Position numbers and translations under genes: made by a program. Below the pieces are notes generated by a model. It was not told where the DNA came from. It saw nothing but the letters and a program-made list of their open reading frames with translations, and ran no database searches. DNA of 64,000 nucleotides, from the NCBI GenBank assembly GCA_903841185.1, contig CAIMIV010000070.1, forward strand, positions 2,984-66,983. Direction: 5' to 3'. The DNA comes from an uncultured bacterium. GTDB taxonomy: Bacteria > Patescibacteriota > Minisyncoccia > Moranbacterales > UBA2206. Of the stretch, positions 10,235-20,842 are shown in pieces; position 1 is the stretch's first letter, and the number at the start of each line of letters is the position of its first letter.

Positions 10235-11101
10235 TTATGCCGCGAGTTTGTGCAATGGAATCTTGATATGGAAAGTTGTCCCGCAACCTGGAAAGCTTTC
10301 CGCCAGCAGACTTCCCCCAAATCTTTTTTCCACGACCTCTTTGCAAAAATGAAGGCCGTTGCCATTGCTGCTTTTTCCCTTAGCAGTAAAATGCTCTTGA
10401 AATAGGTGCTCCATTGTGGATTCATCCATGCCAATGCCATTATCGCGTATCCGGATCATCAGGATACCGTTATCAACATGAGCAAAGACCCAAATTGCCT
10501 GGTCTTTTTTAGGATATTTCTTTGCCACAATAGCATCAAAGGCATTATTGAATAAATTCATTAATACTCGAATGCAATGGGCGCCACAGGCACTAATAAC
10601 AATCGGTTCGGAGGGGACGTCAAGAAAAACACTCACCTTGCCTTCTCTATCCCAGCTAGCTTGGCTCAACTTCAGAGCTACTTGCAGCAGATTTTGAAAA
10701 ACCCCCTGCTCCGCACATACTGAGTCAATCAGACTAATCCTTTCTTCAATTGCTTGACTGACCGACAAGGAAGCGTTGCAAACATTTTTCAAAGCTTCTT
10801 GAAGTTCCTCTTGCTTTTTTGTAAAGACCGCCATAGCGGCAAACCCAGAGAAGGCCGATATAATATTTCTAATATCGTGCATTATTATAGCCAACTGACT
10901 TTCTTCCTCGCCGCCCCCAAAGACATTTTTCGCCAAGGCCTCATTAATGCTGTGGTTTTTCTTTTTTATCAGCGCCAATTTTTCCGTTAAAAAACCACCG
11001 CTAACAAACTTCAACATCTCTTCTGATAATTGCTTGATTTCCGCTATTTCCTGTATTAAAAAAAGCAGAACCCCCTTTCTCTCGCCACACGTATCCATCA
11101 C
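10235..11101 (-). CDS. Cytoplasmic histidine kinase (HisKA + HATPase_c)
   Basis: H-box MHDIRN, N-box NLFNNAFDA, DNGIG, GNGLHF, GTTFHI; no clear TM sensor. Confidence 0.85.
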   Translation of the reverse strand: MMDTCGERKGVLLFLIQEIAEIKQLSEEMLKFVSGGFLTEKLALIKKKNHSINEALAKNVFGGGEEESQLAIIMHDIRNIISAFSGFAAMAVFTKKQEELQEALKNVCNASLSVSQAIEERISLIDSVCAEQGVFQNLLQVALKLSQASWDREGKVSVFLDVPSEPIVISACGAHCIRVLMNLFNNAFDAIVAKKYPKKDQAIWVFAHVDNGILMIRIRDNGIGMDESTMEHLFQEHFTAKGKSSNGNGLHFCKEVVEKRFGGSLLAESFPGCGTTFHIKIPLHKLAA

Positions 11102-11236
11102 TCCTCCAAAAAAATTAAATAAACTATCTCAAACAATTTTATTTTTATTCCTTGTGCTATAAAAAGAACTGCTTTTATTTTACCATAAATAAAAGCTCCC
11201 GAAAAATGGGAGCTTTTTTATGAAGCGATTGCATGT

Positions 11237-12187
11237 CTATTTTTTATAACGCCATTTTTTGAAAGTATGCGCTTGATCTTCCGTGAGCTTGCGCACCGAT
11301 TTGATCATATCAGCAATAAAGGCAAAAATGAGAAACTGGATGCCCACAATCAAAAGAGTGATGGCGACCAGCAGGATATTTTTGTAGGGGGCTATTTTGA
11401 AATCCTGAAAATACATCACAAAAAAATCTACAAAAAATCCAAGGGAGGTCAAAATAAGAATAAAAGCCGGCCACCCGAAAAATTTCATCGGACGCACATC
11501 TCGCACCGCTTCCAAAATAATTTTACCGCTTTGGCTGACATAGTTGAAAATGCTTTTCACCACGCGTGATTTTCGTCCGGCAAAATAGGTCACTTCCACG
11601 GGAATCCATTTCAATTTCAAGTTTTTTCCGATAGCGTCAATGATGGTTTCCTGGGTGTAGGTGAAGCCCGGAGTAATGTTGAGACGGATGAGTGTTTCCC
11701 GGCTATAGGCGCGGAAGCCACAAGTCAAATCATCAATCTCATAATTCATAAAACTGCCGATAATGCTGGCGGCAATTTTGTTGAGATGATATTTCGCCTT
11801 CGGCATGTCCTTGGCTTCCTTGTCGCCGAAGCGAGTGGCGCTCACCATATCCGCTTCTTTGTTGAGGATAGGCGCGATAATCTTGCCGATGTCTTGCGGA
11901 TTGAATTGCCCATCGGCGTCCATGTTGCACATAATGTCCGCTCCGTTATCCAGCGCCCGTTCCGCCGCATGCTTGAAAGTGATCCCGATGCCGCGATTCA
12001 TGCCATTGGTATAGACAAAATCTGCCCCGGCCGCTTTAGCAATAGCCATAGTCTCATCCTTGGATCCATCATCAATCACTTGCACCAGCACTTCATCCAC
12101 ACCGGGAATTTGGCGCGGGATTCGCTTAATAGTTTCGGCAATTTTTTCCGCTTCATTGAAAGCGGGGAGATTCACAATTAGTCTCAT
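11237..12187 (-). CDS. Glycosyltransferase family 2 (DPM-synthase-like) with C-terminal TMs
   Basis: PAFNEA, DDGSKD, DADGQ and CGFRAY motifs. Confidence 0.88.
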   Translation of the reverse strand: MRLIVNLPAFNEAEKIAETIKRIPRQIPGVDEVLVQVIDDGSKDETMAIAKAAGADFVYTNGMNRGIGITFKHAAERALDNGADIMCNMDADGQFNPQDIGKIIAPILNKEADMVSATRFGDKEAKDMPKAKYHLNKIAASIIGSFMNYEIDDLTCGFRAYSRETLIRLNITPGFTYTQETIIDAIGKNLKLKWIPVEVTYFAGRKSRVVKSIFNYVSQSGKIILEAVRDVRPMKFFGWPAFILILTSLGFFVDFFVMYFQDFKIAPYKNILLVAITLLIVGIQFLIFAFIADMIKSVRKLTEDQAHTFKKWRYKK

Positions 12188-12320
12188 GCTTTTTTTCTTA
12201 ATTATTACTTGATCATCCTATAACTAAATACGAATTCATTATGGCATATTTATGACCGCCTAGCAAACAAGACCCCTGATTAAAAGGAGTCTTGTTTTGT
12301 AATCAAGCGGATATTATCTC

Positions 12321-13604
12321 TTATCGCCCAATGCCGGCATACACAATACCGGCAGCCTGAATGGCTTTTTTATCCAAACAATTTTTGCCGTCAACAATTA
12401 TTTTAATATTATTTTTGACAAAAGTTTTCACCGGAATTTTCATAAATTCAGTGTGGTTGGTCGTTAGCAGCAGAGCATCAGATTTTTCCAAGAGCTCGTC
12501 CAGACTTTTCACCGTGGAAAGCTGCGGAACAAAAGGATCGAAAATAATCAAATCGGCTCCCATTTTTCTCAGCTTTTCCACAATCTTGAGCGCCGGGCTT
12601 TCGCGCAAGTCACTCACGTTGGCTTTGTAGGATAGTCCCATGATACCGATCTTAGCCCCTTTGACTGATTTTTCTATTTGATTCAAGCGATGTTGCAAAA
12701 GATCAATAGTATATTCCGGCATGCTGTTGTTGATGGTGCGGGCGGTGCGTAAAAATTTGTGATCAAAATTATGCTCCTTGGCTTTTTCAATCATATAGTA
12801 GGGATCCACCGGGATGCAATGCCCACCCACTCCGCAACTTGGCCAATGCGCCATAAAAGAATAGGGTTTAGTGGAAGCGCCGCGAATGACATTGGTGATA
12901 TCGATATTGAGATGGCTGAAGGACTTGGCTGCTTCATTGACAAAAGCAATGTTGACATCCCGGAAAGCATTTTCCAAAATTTTCACCGCTTCTGCTTCTT
13001 CAATAGAATCCATACCCATCACTTCCCCACTCACAATGCTTTCATAAAAACTCTTCGCCATCTGCAAACCTTTCTCATCAAAAGAACCTACCACGCGCGG
13101 CAGATTGCCGACATTCCATTTGGGGTCGCCCGGATTGACCCGCTCCGGACAGTGAGCGATAAAAACATCCTTGCCCACTTGGAAACCGGCTTTCTCAAAA
13201 ATCGGTTTCACAATTTCGGCACTGACTCCAGGATTAACTGTAGATTCCAACACCACTAGAGCACCTTTTTTCATATTTGCCGCCACAGTGCGGGAAGCTT
13301 CAATGACGGGAGTGAGGATAGGAAAATATTTGGCATCCACCGGAGTCGGCACGCAAATCAAATAGATGTCATGTCCCTTGAGTTTCTTTTCATTAGCAGT
13401 GACATTGATTTTCACCTGTGGTAAAAGTTTTTCCAAAAATTCTTCTTTGAAAGGACTCTTCCCTTTAGCAATAATCGCCAACTTTTTAGTATCCGTATCA
13501 AAGCCGGTCACGTCATAACCTTTTTTCGCACACACGGCCGCCAGCGGCAGTCCCACATAACCCATGCCAATCACGCACACCTTTTGCTTTTTTTGTTCTG
13601 ACAT
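12321..13604 (-). CDS. Nucleotide-sugar (UDP-GlcNAc/ManNAc-type) dehydrogenase
   Basis: GMGYVG, CVPTP, ESTVNPG, PERVNPG, GVGGHCIPVDP; start moved to MSEQ. Confidence 0.92.
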   Translation of the reverse strand: MSEQKKQKVCVIGMGYVGLPLAAVCAKKGYDVTGFDTDTKKLAIIAKGKSPFKEEFLEKLLPQVKINVTANEKKLKGHDIYLICVPTPVDAKYFPILTPVIEASRTVAANMKKGALVVLESTVNPGVSAEIVKPIFEKAGFQVGKDVFIAHCPERVNPGDPKWNVGNLPRVVGSFDEKGLQMAKSFYESIVSGEVMGMDSIEEAEAVKILENAFRDVNIAFVNEAAKSFSHLNIDITNVIRGASTKPYSFMAHWPSCGVGGHCIPVDPYYMIEKAKEHNFDHKFLRTARTINNSMPEYTIDLLQHRLNQIEKSVKGAKIGIMGLSYKANVSDLRESPALKIVEKLRKMGADLIIFDPFVPQLSTVKSLDELLEKSDALLLTTNHTEFMKIPVKTFVKNNIKIIVDGKNCLDKKAIQAAGIVYAGIGR

Positions 13605-13873
13605 ATTTTTTTCCATTATTTTTTTAATTGGAATGTCTTGCAACAGTCCCAACAACCTAATTATCATTATAGAACAACGGGTGCCAGAGTCAAATGCATC
13701 TGACCTATTTAGCCTTATTTAGGCTAAATTTCAAGGAGTTTTGGCGATGTACTTGACACATTTCAATGGTTGGACTAGCTTTTAAGGTAGTACATTAAAT
13801 ATTGAAAAAAATTAAGAGGCTATTTTTAATGGAAAGATGCTTTCTAAGTCAATAAAACATCTAGGGGGGAGTA

Positions 13874-14617
13874 ATGAGATCATCACTTGGTAATTTAATG
13901 TTTAAAGAGGCTTCCATTGAAAATATAGAGGAGGTAGTGGCTTTAATTGATAGCTTGAAAGGCGGTAAATTAATTGATTGTATTGACATGGATAAAGCAA
14001 GGAGGAATGGGGTTATTATCTTAGAAGACCCTGTCAACTATCCATTCAAAGCATTGAATAATGATTTAATCAGGGAAATAAGTTTATTGGGAGAAATCAT
14101 ATTAATCAATGGATCTGTTATTGATCCTTCGGTGAAGATTGAGCCACCAATTATTCTATTTCCCAATGCCTTAATTGGTCATGGTTGTTGGATTAGGCCA
14201 TTCAGTATTTTGGGAGAGGGATGCAAGATAGCAAATACCGAAATAAATCGGTCAATTATTTGCGATGGAGTGATGTGTATGCACGGTGATTATATTGGAT
14301 ACTCATACATATCAAAAAATTGTCGAATCGGATCTGGCTTTAAAACCGCAACGACTATATTTAAAGGAGTGATGGAGAGGCCGAAGAATATAATCTTAAG
14401 AGATGGCGTCTCTGGGGATGATTTAAGTATAGCGGATGGCTCTCACTTTGGCTGCATCTTGGAGGCGGCAACTTTACTTGGTTGCAATACAACAACTATG
14501 CCAGGTACCTATTTGCGAAAAGGAAGATATGCACCTAACTTAAGCTTAGGAGGAAAGAAGCCTGGCAATAAAGCTTCTCATGTCTCGAATTCATTTTTTT
14601 TCAATACTCAAAATTAA
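13874..14617 (+). CDS. Left-handed beta-helix (GlmU C-terminal-like) acyltransferase
   Basis: Hexapeptide repeats, IRPFSILG, HGDYIGYS, GCNTTTMPGT. Confidence 0.7.
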   Translation: MRSSLGNLMFKEASIENIEEVVALIDSLKGGKLIDCIDMDKARRNGVIILEDPVNYPFKALNNDLIREISLLGEIILINGSVIDPSVKIEPPIILFPNALIGHGCWIRPFSILGEGCKIANTEINRSIICDGVMCMHGDYIGYSYISKNCRIGSGFKTATTIFKGVMERPKNIILRDGVSGDDLSIADGSHFGCILEAATLLGCNTTTMPGTYLRKGRYAPNLSLGGKKPGNKASHVSNSFFFNTQN

Positions 14618-14669
14618 ACATACCACCTACAGAAAAATCTGTAGGTGTGTTTATTTTTTTTACAAAATA

Positions 14670-15293
14670 TTAGTCGCATATAAGCCTAATCAGCTCGAAT
14701 GACTCAGCAAGCTCTTTTTTTATTTGCTTTCCTCGTAGACAGGCCAGGTCTCGAATGATATTATTTTCGAAGAAGGAATCTTTTCCATGAGAGGGAAAGT
14801 AGGAGATAGCTTTTTCCTTTGCTTCAATATTTTCTTGATTAAGCGAAACAAAAACATCAGGATGATAGGAATAATTATTCCAAGGAAATTCATAGCCAAA
14901 AATAGTTTTATTTTTAAAGATTCTCAATGCCTCTTCATGAACAACTTGGTGTGCTTGGTGAATATCATAACTACTAGGAATAAATATTATATCAGGGTTT
15001 ATTTTTTTATTTATATCATGTAAGTTTTGAAGTATTTTGGCGCAATCCTTACTAAAATCACGTGGATCGTAGTCAAAGACTAAAAGATTGTTGTGTGGAG
15101 TAGATAAAGAATCCAAGCTTTTGTGTACACTATTTTGTAGAAAAACTTCTCTATCAAGATCATTGGAAAAGGAAAGCCCCAAATAATAAATTGTATTTTT
15201 AGAGCTTAATTTATGCAATGTTCCAAAGCAGCCTAACTCAATATCATCAAAATGAGGTGCAATTGCTAAAATAGTCTTGTTTTCAATATTCAT
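14670..15293 (-). CDS. PIG-L/LmbE family deacetylase
   Basis: IAPHFDDIELG and DIHQAH motifs; AT-rich. Confidence 0.88.
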   Translation of the reverse strand: MNIENKTILAIAPHFDDIELGCFGTLHKLSSKNTIYYLGLSFSNDLDREVFLQNSVHKSLDSLSTPHNNLLVFDYDPRDFSKDCAKILQNLHDINKKINPDIIFIPSSYDIHQAHQVVHEEALRIFKNKTIFGYEFPWNNYSYHPDVFVSLNQENIEAKEKAISYFPSHGKDSFFENNIIRDLACLRGKQIKKELAESFELIRLICD

Positions 15294-15403
15294 ATTTTTT
15301 AAATAATCAATTTTTTAATAATTAGCCTTAATGAGATTACTGCATTTTATTAGATCTTCTATATTTGCTATTATGAACCAAGGAACAAACTTTTACAAGT
15401 TCC

Positions 15404-15565
15404 TTGCAAAACGTGGCCTATGTCATGGCCATCAAGCGCTTGATGCCTTTCTTCGCTTTTATCATCGGTTATTTTTATTTCAAAGAACATACCCATGTGC
15501 AGCGCAAAATTTGGGCCACCCTCTTGATGGTTGCCGGAGCAATTATTATAACCGTTTCTAAATAA
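15404..15565 (+). pseudogene. C-terminal remnant of an EamA/DMT transporter
   Basis: Frame absent from the ORF track reads LQNVAYVMAIKRLMPFFAFIIGYFYFKE...LLMVAGAIII*; in-frame TGA at 15374. Confidence 0.65.
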
Positions 15566-15585
15566 TTAATGGCTGTAAAAAAAAT

Positions 15586-16293
15586 ATGCGAAAAATGAAA
15601 ATTTTGCCTAGCCTGACAACCATTACCGAATCCAGAAAGGTCGGTGATTGGAGGGCGCAAATTTCGGAAATTAAAAAACTAGGACTGACAGAATTTGCCC
15701 TTTTCCCGACGAAACTGTTAAAGGAAGAGCGCTTTGAATTGTATGCCGCCTTGAAAGAAATTCCTTCTCTGGAACGCATTCCCTTTGTGCACCTGAGAAC
15801 GGACATGGAGCCGGAAGAAATTGGATACTTGATTGAAAATTTCCAAACCGAAGTTTTCAATCTCCATACGACTGTGAATTGGCCGCTTCAATATGATTAT
15901 TCGAAATATGCCAAACAGATCTTTATTGAAAACGGAAAATTTGTCCCGACAGAAGCAGACCTCAGCACGTTCGGAGGCATGTGCATTGACTTTTCACATT
16001 GGGAAAGCATGGTGAAATTTGGCAACAAAGATTATGATGAACAGATGCTCAAGATGGCGGAGAAATATCCGATTGGAGTGTGCCATATTTCAGCCATAAC
16101 AACTGAGGCCACGGCCGATCCATCCAATCCTGGATATATGCAATATGACTCGCACCGACTGGAGCATTTGCAAGAGCTTGATTATATGAAAAATTATTTG
16201 CAATATGTGCCGACAATTGTTGCTATTGAATTGGAAAATAGTATTGAAAAACAACTGGAAGCAAAAGAATATTTGGAAGCTATGCTGGGCTAG
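15586..16293 (+). CDS. Hypothetical protein, possibly a metal-binding TIM barrel
   Basis: Long ORF with VHLR, IEN, CIDFSH, HIS and ELE spacing reminiscent of the AP-endonuclease-2/xylose isomerase fold. Confidence 0.55.
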   Translation: MRKMKILPSLTTITESRKVGDWRAQISEIKKLGLTEFALFPTKLLKEERFELYAALKEIPSLERIPFVHLRTDMEPEEIGYLIENFQTEVFNLHTTVNWPLQYDYSKYAKQIFIENGKFVPTEADLSTFGGMCIDFSHWESMVKFGNKDYDEQMLKMAEKYPIGVCHISAITTEATADPSNPGYMQYDSHRLEHLQELDYMKNYLQYVPTIVAIELENSIEKQLEAKEYLEAMLG

Positions 16294-16469
16294 TTGCGAT
16301 TAACCGGAATGATTTTGATCATGACTTTCAACTGATTTTCTTTTGAGCATTGAAAAGAGATTAGTCTTTACAAAACCCCCAAATCGTGTATACTAATGGG
16401 ACTGTTGTTTTTTTACCAATAGATCTATTGCTTGATAACCCATCCCCCTCTCAAAAAAAGGAGCCCCCA

Positions 16470-16940
16470 ATGCCTATTCACCTTCCCCAAGAGTTTTTTC
16501 AACTTCCTCCGGCCAACAAACCTCAGAAAAAACCCATTACCGGCAAGTATCTCAACAAAAATTTGCCAGCACTTTCCAATGCCAATGAGTTGATGAAAAA
16601 AAGAGTGGAACTTTTCATGTGGATTAACAAAATCTCCCCTACGCACCTTACTGAGAGAAGTGAAGAGCGAGAAGATTTTTTTAATTCTGGATTTTTGCAA
16701 CCAGAACTGCTTGCAGTTATCTTTGCTACGCTGAAAACTATCCAAGGAACCGAGCGCGATTACATCCCTTATCTGCTGGAAAACATCAGTGATGATCCGC
16801 CACCAAATAACAGAGCCGCCTCACGAGATAGGTCCAATGACCTTTTGTTCACTCCTGTTTCCCGCCAAAAAAGCCCCACTCAAAACATTGTGGTGCCTAG
16901 TCCGGAATCATTGCGTGACCAATCTCAAAAAACCACTTAA
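16470..16940 (+). CDS. Hypothetical protein
   Basis: AAGGAG upstream of the ATG at 16470; no family recognised. Confidence 0.5.
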   Translation: MPIHLPQEFFQLPPANKPQKKPITGKYLNKNLPALSNANELMKKRVELFMWINKISPTHLTERSEEREDFFNSGFLQPELLAVIFATLKTIQGTERDYIPYLLENISDDPPPNNRAASRDRSNDLLFTPVSRQKSPTQNIVVPSPESLRDQSQKTT

Positions 16941-17015
16941 AAAAAAGTGGTCTCGCTCCATCCAGCACTGTTCTCACCACGCGTGGGAACAGTGCTTTTT
17001 TATTATTTTACAGAT

Positions 17016-18068
17016 TTAATATTTTTTCAAAATTTTCACCAACAAAAAAGAACTGGGGATTTGCACGAAATAGGCCAGGACAATCACGGTGGTCAGCATC
17101 GCCAGGCGTTCGTCCTGGAACACCAAGGAGATGGCCATGCCCAGAGCCAGCGTGATGTAGCGCAGATAGCTCCCCCACACGAAAGCCCGTCCTACTTCTT
17201 TGTTGTGGAAAGTTCGATAGAGCAGAAAAATCAGACCGAAAGCAGTCAGATATAACAAAACTAGGGGCACAAAAATATCCACCAGGATGCGCGGGTTGTC
17301 AAAGATGATGTGATTATTTTTCAGCGCCATCAAAATAAAAAGCACAATTAACAATCCCAAGTTACTCAACTTGCCAAAAGTTATTTTCACTTTATCAAAA
17401 TAGGCTTCGTCCTTATTACTCTTGATAATCTGCTGAGTCACATAGGCCATGATAAGAGGGATGATCACTACAATGAGAATCGGCACGGCAATTTTCATGG
17501 GAGAAACAGTCCCAGTACCCAGACTGCACGAAAACACTCCACCTGTGGCTTGTCCCAGCGCACACACGGCAGAGGCGGAAGCTTTCTGCACCTGCTCCAG
17601 CCCGAAAAAATTGATAAAAAAAGATAGACCAAAAGGCACGGCCACAATCGCCACCAGCAAGTTCGTCAGCACAATGCCGATGGTCGTCGGCATGTCCGCT
17701 TCCGATTTCATGGCCCAAGTAGTCACCATCCCTCCTCCCGGCAACAAGGCCAGTAGAATCAAGCCCAGGCGCAACACTGGTTCCTGATCCAAAAGCATTG
17801 CCCCGATCAGATAGGCCAGTCCCGGCAAAATCACAAAATTCATGAAAACTGACAGGAGAATAATGCGATAGTGTTTGAGGGAAGCCGGCAATTTGTCAAA
17901 AGCCAACGGCACCAGCGAGGGATAGATCATGACTAGTGCGGCCACCACACAAATACTGGAGGAAAACGTGTAGCCGCCCCAAAAATAGACTACGGCCAAG
18001 CCGCTGCCAATCACTCCGGCCAGCCACCAAAACAAATATTTTTGAATATGATCTAAAAATTTCAACAT
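17016..18068 (-). CDS. Bile acid:sodium symporter/Acr3-like transporter
   Basis: About 10 TMs; MIYPSL, NFVILP, LLPGGGM motifs. Confidence 0.75.
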   Translation of the reverse strand: MLKFLDHIQKYLFWWLAGVIGSGLAVVYFWGGYTFSSSICVVAALVMIYPSLVPLAFDKLPASLKHYRIILLSVFMNFVILPGLAYLIGAMLLDQEPVLRLGLILLALLPGGGMVTTWAMKSEADMPTTIGIVLTNLLVAIVAVPFGLSFFINFFGLEQVQKASASAVCALGQATGGVFSCSLGTGTVSPMKIAVPILIVVIIPLIMAYVTQQIIKSNKDEAYFDKVKITFGKLSNLGLLIVLFILMALKNNHIIFDNPRILVDIFVPLVLLYLTAFGLIFLLYRTFHNKEVGRAFVWGSYLRYITLALGMAISLVFQDERLAMLTTVIVLAYFVQIPSSFLLVKILKKY

Positions 18069-18218
18069 AGTTTTTTTATTTAGGAGCTACGCTTTTAATC
18101 AAGCGCAAATCATTATTATCTTACGTTTTCTTATTATAAACCTTCTGGCTTTTTATTTCAACTCAAACCACCTCCCAAGCGATTTGCTCTAGGCAACAGA
18201 GTATGTTTTAATAGAGAT

Positions 18219-19010
18219 ATGAATATGATTGAAGTCACCCATCTTGGAAAAAAATTCGATGACATCACCGCGGTGGATGACATTTCTTTTAACGTGGTCA
18301 AAGGTGAGATTTTTGCTTTTCTGGGTCCCAACGGCGCGGGCAAAACCACCACTATCAAAATGTTCACCACCCTTTTGCAGCCCACCAGTGGCAGCATTTT
18401 AGTCAACGGCTTTGACCCTGCCACTCAACCTAATGATGTGCGACGCTCTTTTGGTATCATCTTTCAGGATCCCAGCTTGGATGACGAATTGACGGCTTTT
18501 GAAAATTTGGAATTTCATGGAGTGCTCTATGACGTGCCGAAAAAAATTCGGCGCGCCCGCATCAATGAACTATTGCAACTAGTGGAATTGGAAAAACGCC
18601 GCGACGATTTGGTGAAAGAATTTTCGGGCGGCATGAAAAGACGCCTGGAAATTGCCCGCGGCCTATTGCATCATCCGCAAATCATCTTTCTGGATGAACC
18701 CACCCTGGGACTAGATCCGCAAACCCGCAATCATTTGTGGAACTATATCAAAGACATGAATCAAAAAGAAGGCATTACAGTTTTTTTCAGCACGCACTAT
18801 ATGGAAGAAGCGGATCGGATGGCAGACCGCATTGCTATTATTGATAACGGGGAAATTGTAGCCGAAGGCACCGCCCAACTCTTGAAAGAGCAAACCGCCA
18901 GCGCCACTTTGGAAGATGCCTTTCTCAAATTGACCGGCAAGGCCATTCGCGAAGAGGGTGCTAAGGGAATTGATAAATTAAGAACTATGCGACACGTATG
19001 GAAAAGATAA
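18219..19010 (+). CDS. ABC exporter ATP-binding subunit (DrrA family)
   Basis: GPNGAGKTT, FSGGMKRRLE, LDEPTLGLDP, STHYMEEA. Confidence 0.93.
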   Translation: MNMIEVTHLGKKFDDITAVDDISFNVVKGEIFAFLGPNGAGKTTTIKMFTTLLQPTSGSILVNGFDPATQPNDVRRSFGIIFQDPSLDDELTAFENLEFHGVLYDVPKKIRRARINELLQLVELEKRRDDLVKEFSGGMKRRLEIARGLLHHPQIIFLDEPTLGLDPQTRNHLWNYIKDMNQKEGITVFFSTHYMEEADRMADRIAIIDNGEIVAEGTAQLLKEQTASATLEDAFLKLTGKAIREEGAKGIDKLRTMRHVWKR

Positions 19011-19765
19011 CCCAATATGCCAAAGTGATCTATATCCTCTGGCTTCGCCAACTCAAACGCTATTCTCGTTCGCGCGCCCGGATGATCGGCTCGCTGGCTC
19101 AACCGGTGCTCTTTCTGGTGGCATTGGGTTTTGGTTTTGGTCCCATCTATCAAAAAGCCGGCGGTGGCAATTATATCCAATTTATTGCCCCCGGCATCAT
19201 TGCCATGAGCATTATTTTCACCGCCATGTTTAACGGCATTGAGGTGATCTATGACCGCCAATTTGGTTTTCTCAAGGAAACTCTGGTGGCACCCGTGCCA
19301 CGCTGGACCATCATGCTCGGCCGAACCTTTGGCGGAGCCACTGTGGCCACCCTGCAAGGCATGGTGGTGTTTTGCATTGCTCTTCTAGTTGGCTTTCGCC
19401 CCGAGAGCGTGCTCATGCTACCGGTGGCCTTGGTGTTCATGGCGCTGATTGCTTTTTTCTTCACCGCTTTTGGCACTGCTATCGCTTCGCGCATGGAGGA
19501 TATGCAAGCTTTTCCACTGATCATCAATTTTCTCATCATGCCTCTTTTCTTTCTTTCCGGAGCACTCTTCCCCCTCAACGGTCTGCCGAAAACCGTACAA
19601 ACCATCATCTATGCCAATCCCCTGTCCTATGGCGTGGACGGCATCCGTGGCGCCCTTTCCACCCAAATGCATTTCACTTTCCGCCTCGATTTCCTAGTGC
19701 TCTTGGCCTTCACCGCCCTAGCACTGGCTCTGGGCAGTTATCTTTTTTCCAAGATTGAGGTGTAG
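18998..19765 (+). CDS. ABC-2 type permease
   Basis: 6 TMs; APGIIAM, DRQFGFLKE, FLSGALFP, NPLSYGVD; overlaps the ATPase gene. Confidence 0.92.
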   Translation: MEKITQYAKVIYILWLRQLKRYSRSRARMIGSLAQPVLFLVALGFGFGPIYQKAGGGNYIQFIAPGIIAMSIIFTAMFNGIEVIYDRQFGFLKETLVAPVPRWTIMLGRTFGGATVATLQGMVVFCIALLVGFRPESVLMLPVALVFMALIAFFFTAFGTAIASRMEDMQAFPLIINFLIMPLFFLSGALFPLNGLPKTVQTIIYANPLSYGVDGIRGALSTQMHFTFRLDFLVLLAFTALALALGSYLFSKIEV

Positions 19766-19785
19766 CCTCTATAGCCAACTTAAAG

Positions 19786-19847
19786 CTATGTCAAAAGTTT
19801 TTGAATATCTTCTTGGCTAAATTCTTTCCTATAATCTATTAGCTTAG
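19786..19847. repeat. 62-bp direct repeat, copy 1 (3' end of antA)
   Basis: Identical to 21778-21839. Confidence 0.92.
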
Positions 19848-20673
19848 GGTGTTTTATTTTTCTCAATTCTTCATCATAGGTTGCCATAATATTTCTAGCT
19901 CTTTTTTGATACACCATCCAATTTCGAGTAGAAGAAAAATCATCGAATATTTTTTCAAATTCTTTTTGTGTCAACATCCTGCTCAACTTTTTAAATTCTT
20001 TCTCAATCTCTCCAGCCAGTCCGGTTTCAAATGCTCCAATAATCAAAACTATTTCTTCATACATAAAATTTCTGGTCAAATCTTTTTTCACCAAACTCAA
20101 AAGCTTGCGATATTCTTTAGCTCTTTCTAGAAACAGAAAATTATACAGCATATCCGTATATGTCCCATAATTTTTCACCGCCACAAAATCCTTTATGCAA
20201 TCCGTAAAATCCCTGCGATATTCTTTCGTCTCCTCTCTAGTTTCAAAAAACTGACTCGCCAATTGATTAACAAATTTTGGATCACTAGTGGCAATTTGCA
20301 TCACTTTTTTAAAATCACTCTCTACGCGAATAAAATATTTTCTAACCAATTTACCCTTCTCATTATTCTCTATCATCGCCAGCTCCTTTGCCATGTCAAT
20401 TGAAACAACATATTCTTTAGCCAAGATTTTTCCAGACTTTGGGTCGATAGCTTTTGCCTTATTTAAGCCACTAAATCCTTCGCCAAATTTGGCGAAGGCT
20501 ATAAAAAAATCCAAATCTTCCACAAAATCATATTTATTAATCCTGTCTTTTATCCAATTAGAAAAGTCCCTACCTACACCTAGCCACCTATATAATTCCC
20601 TAGCATTCACAAATCTTTTCTTCTCACCATTGAAATCTTTTTGAATAACTTTTATGTTTATTAGTTCGTTCAT
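19786..20673 (-). CDS. AntA/AntB antirepressor family protein
   Basis: VNARELYRWLGVGRDFSNWIKDRI..YDF and IDMAKELAMIE..EKGK.VRKYFI. Confidence 0.88.
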   Translation of the reverse strand: MNELINIKVIQKDFNGEKKRFVNARELYRWLGVGRDFSNWIKDRINKYDFVEDLDFFIAFAKFGEGFSGLNKAKAIDPKSGKILAKEYVVSIDMAKELAMIENNEKGKLVRKYFIRVESDFKKVMQIATSDPKFVNQLASQFFETREETKEYRRDFTDCIKDFVAVKNYGTYTDMLYNFLFLERAKEYRKLLSLVKKDLTRNFMYEEIVLIIGAFETGLAGEIEKEFKKLSRMLTQKEFEKIFDDFSSTRNWMVYQKRARNIMATYDEELRKIKHPKLIDYRKEFSQEDIQKLLT

Positions 20674-20842
20674 ATTTTTATTTTTTACCCAATTATTTAA
20701 CTAGGGTGAATTATAATGATATTATATCACTACATCACAACCTGTCAATTCCCCATCAAAAAAACTACCCGCCACAGGCACTTTTTCTCAAGTCGTCTCC
20801 GAGGGTTTAACTCTCGGAGTTAATTTTGCATTACATTCAAGT

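Noticed and set aside
15331-15561. 76-aa ORF from the track
   Set aside because: A different frame gives a clear EamA C-terminal remnant
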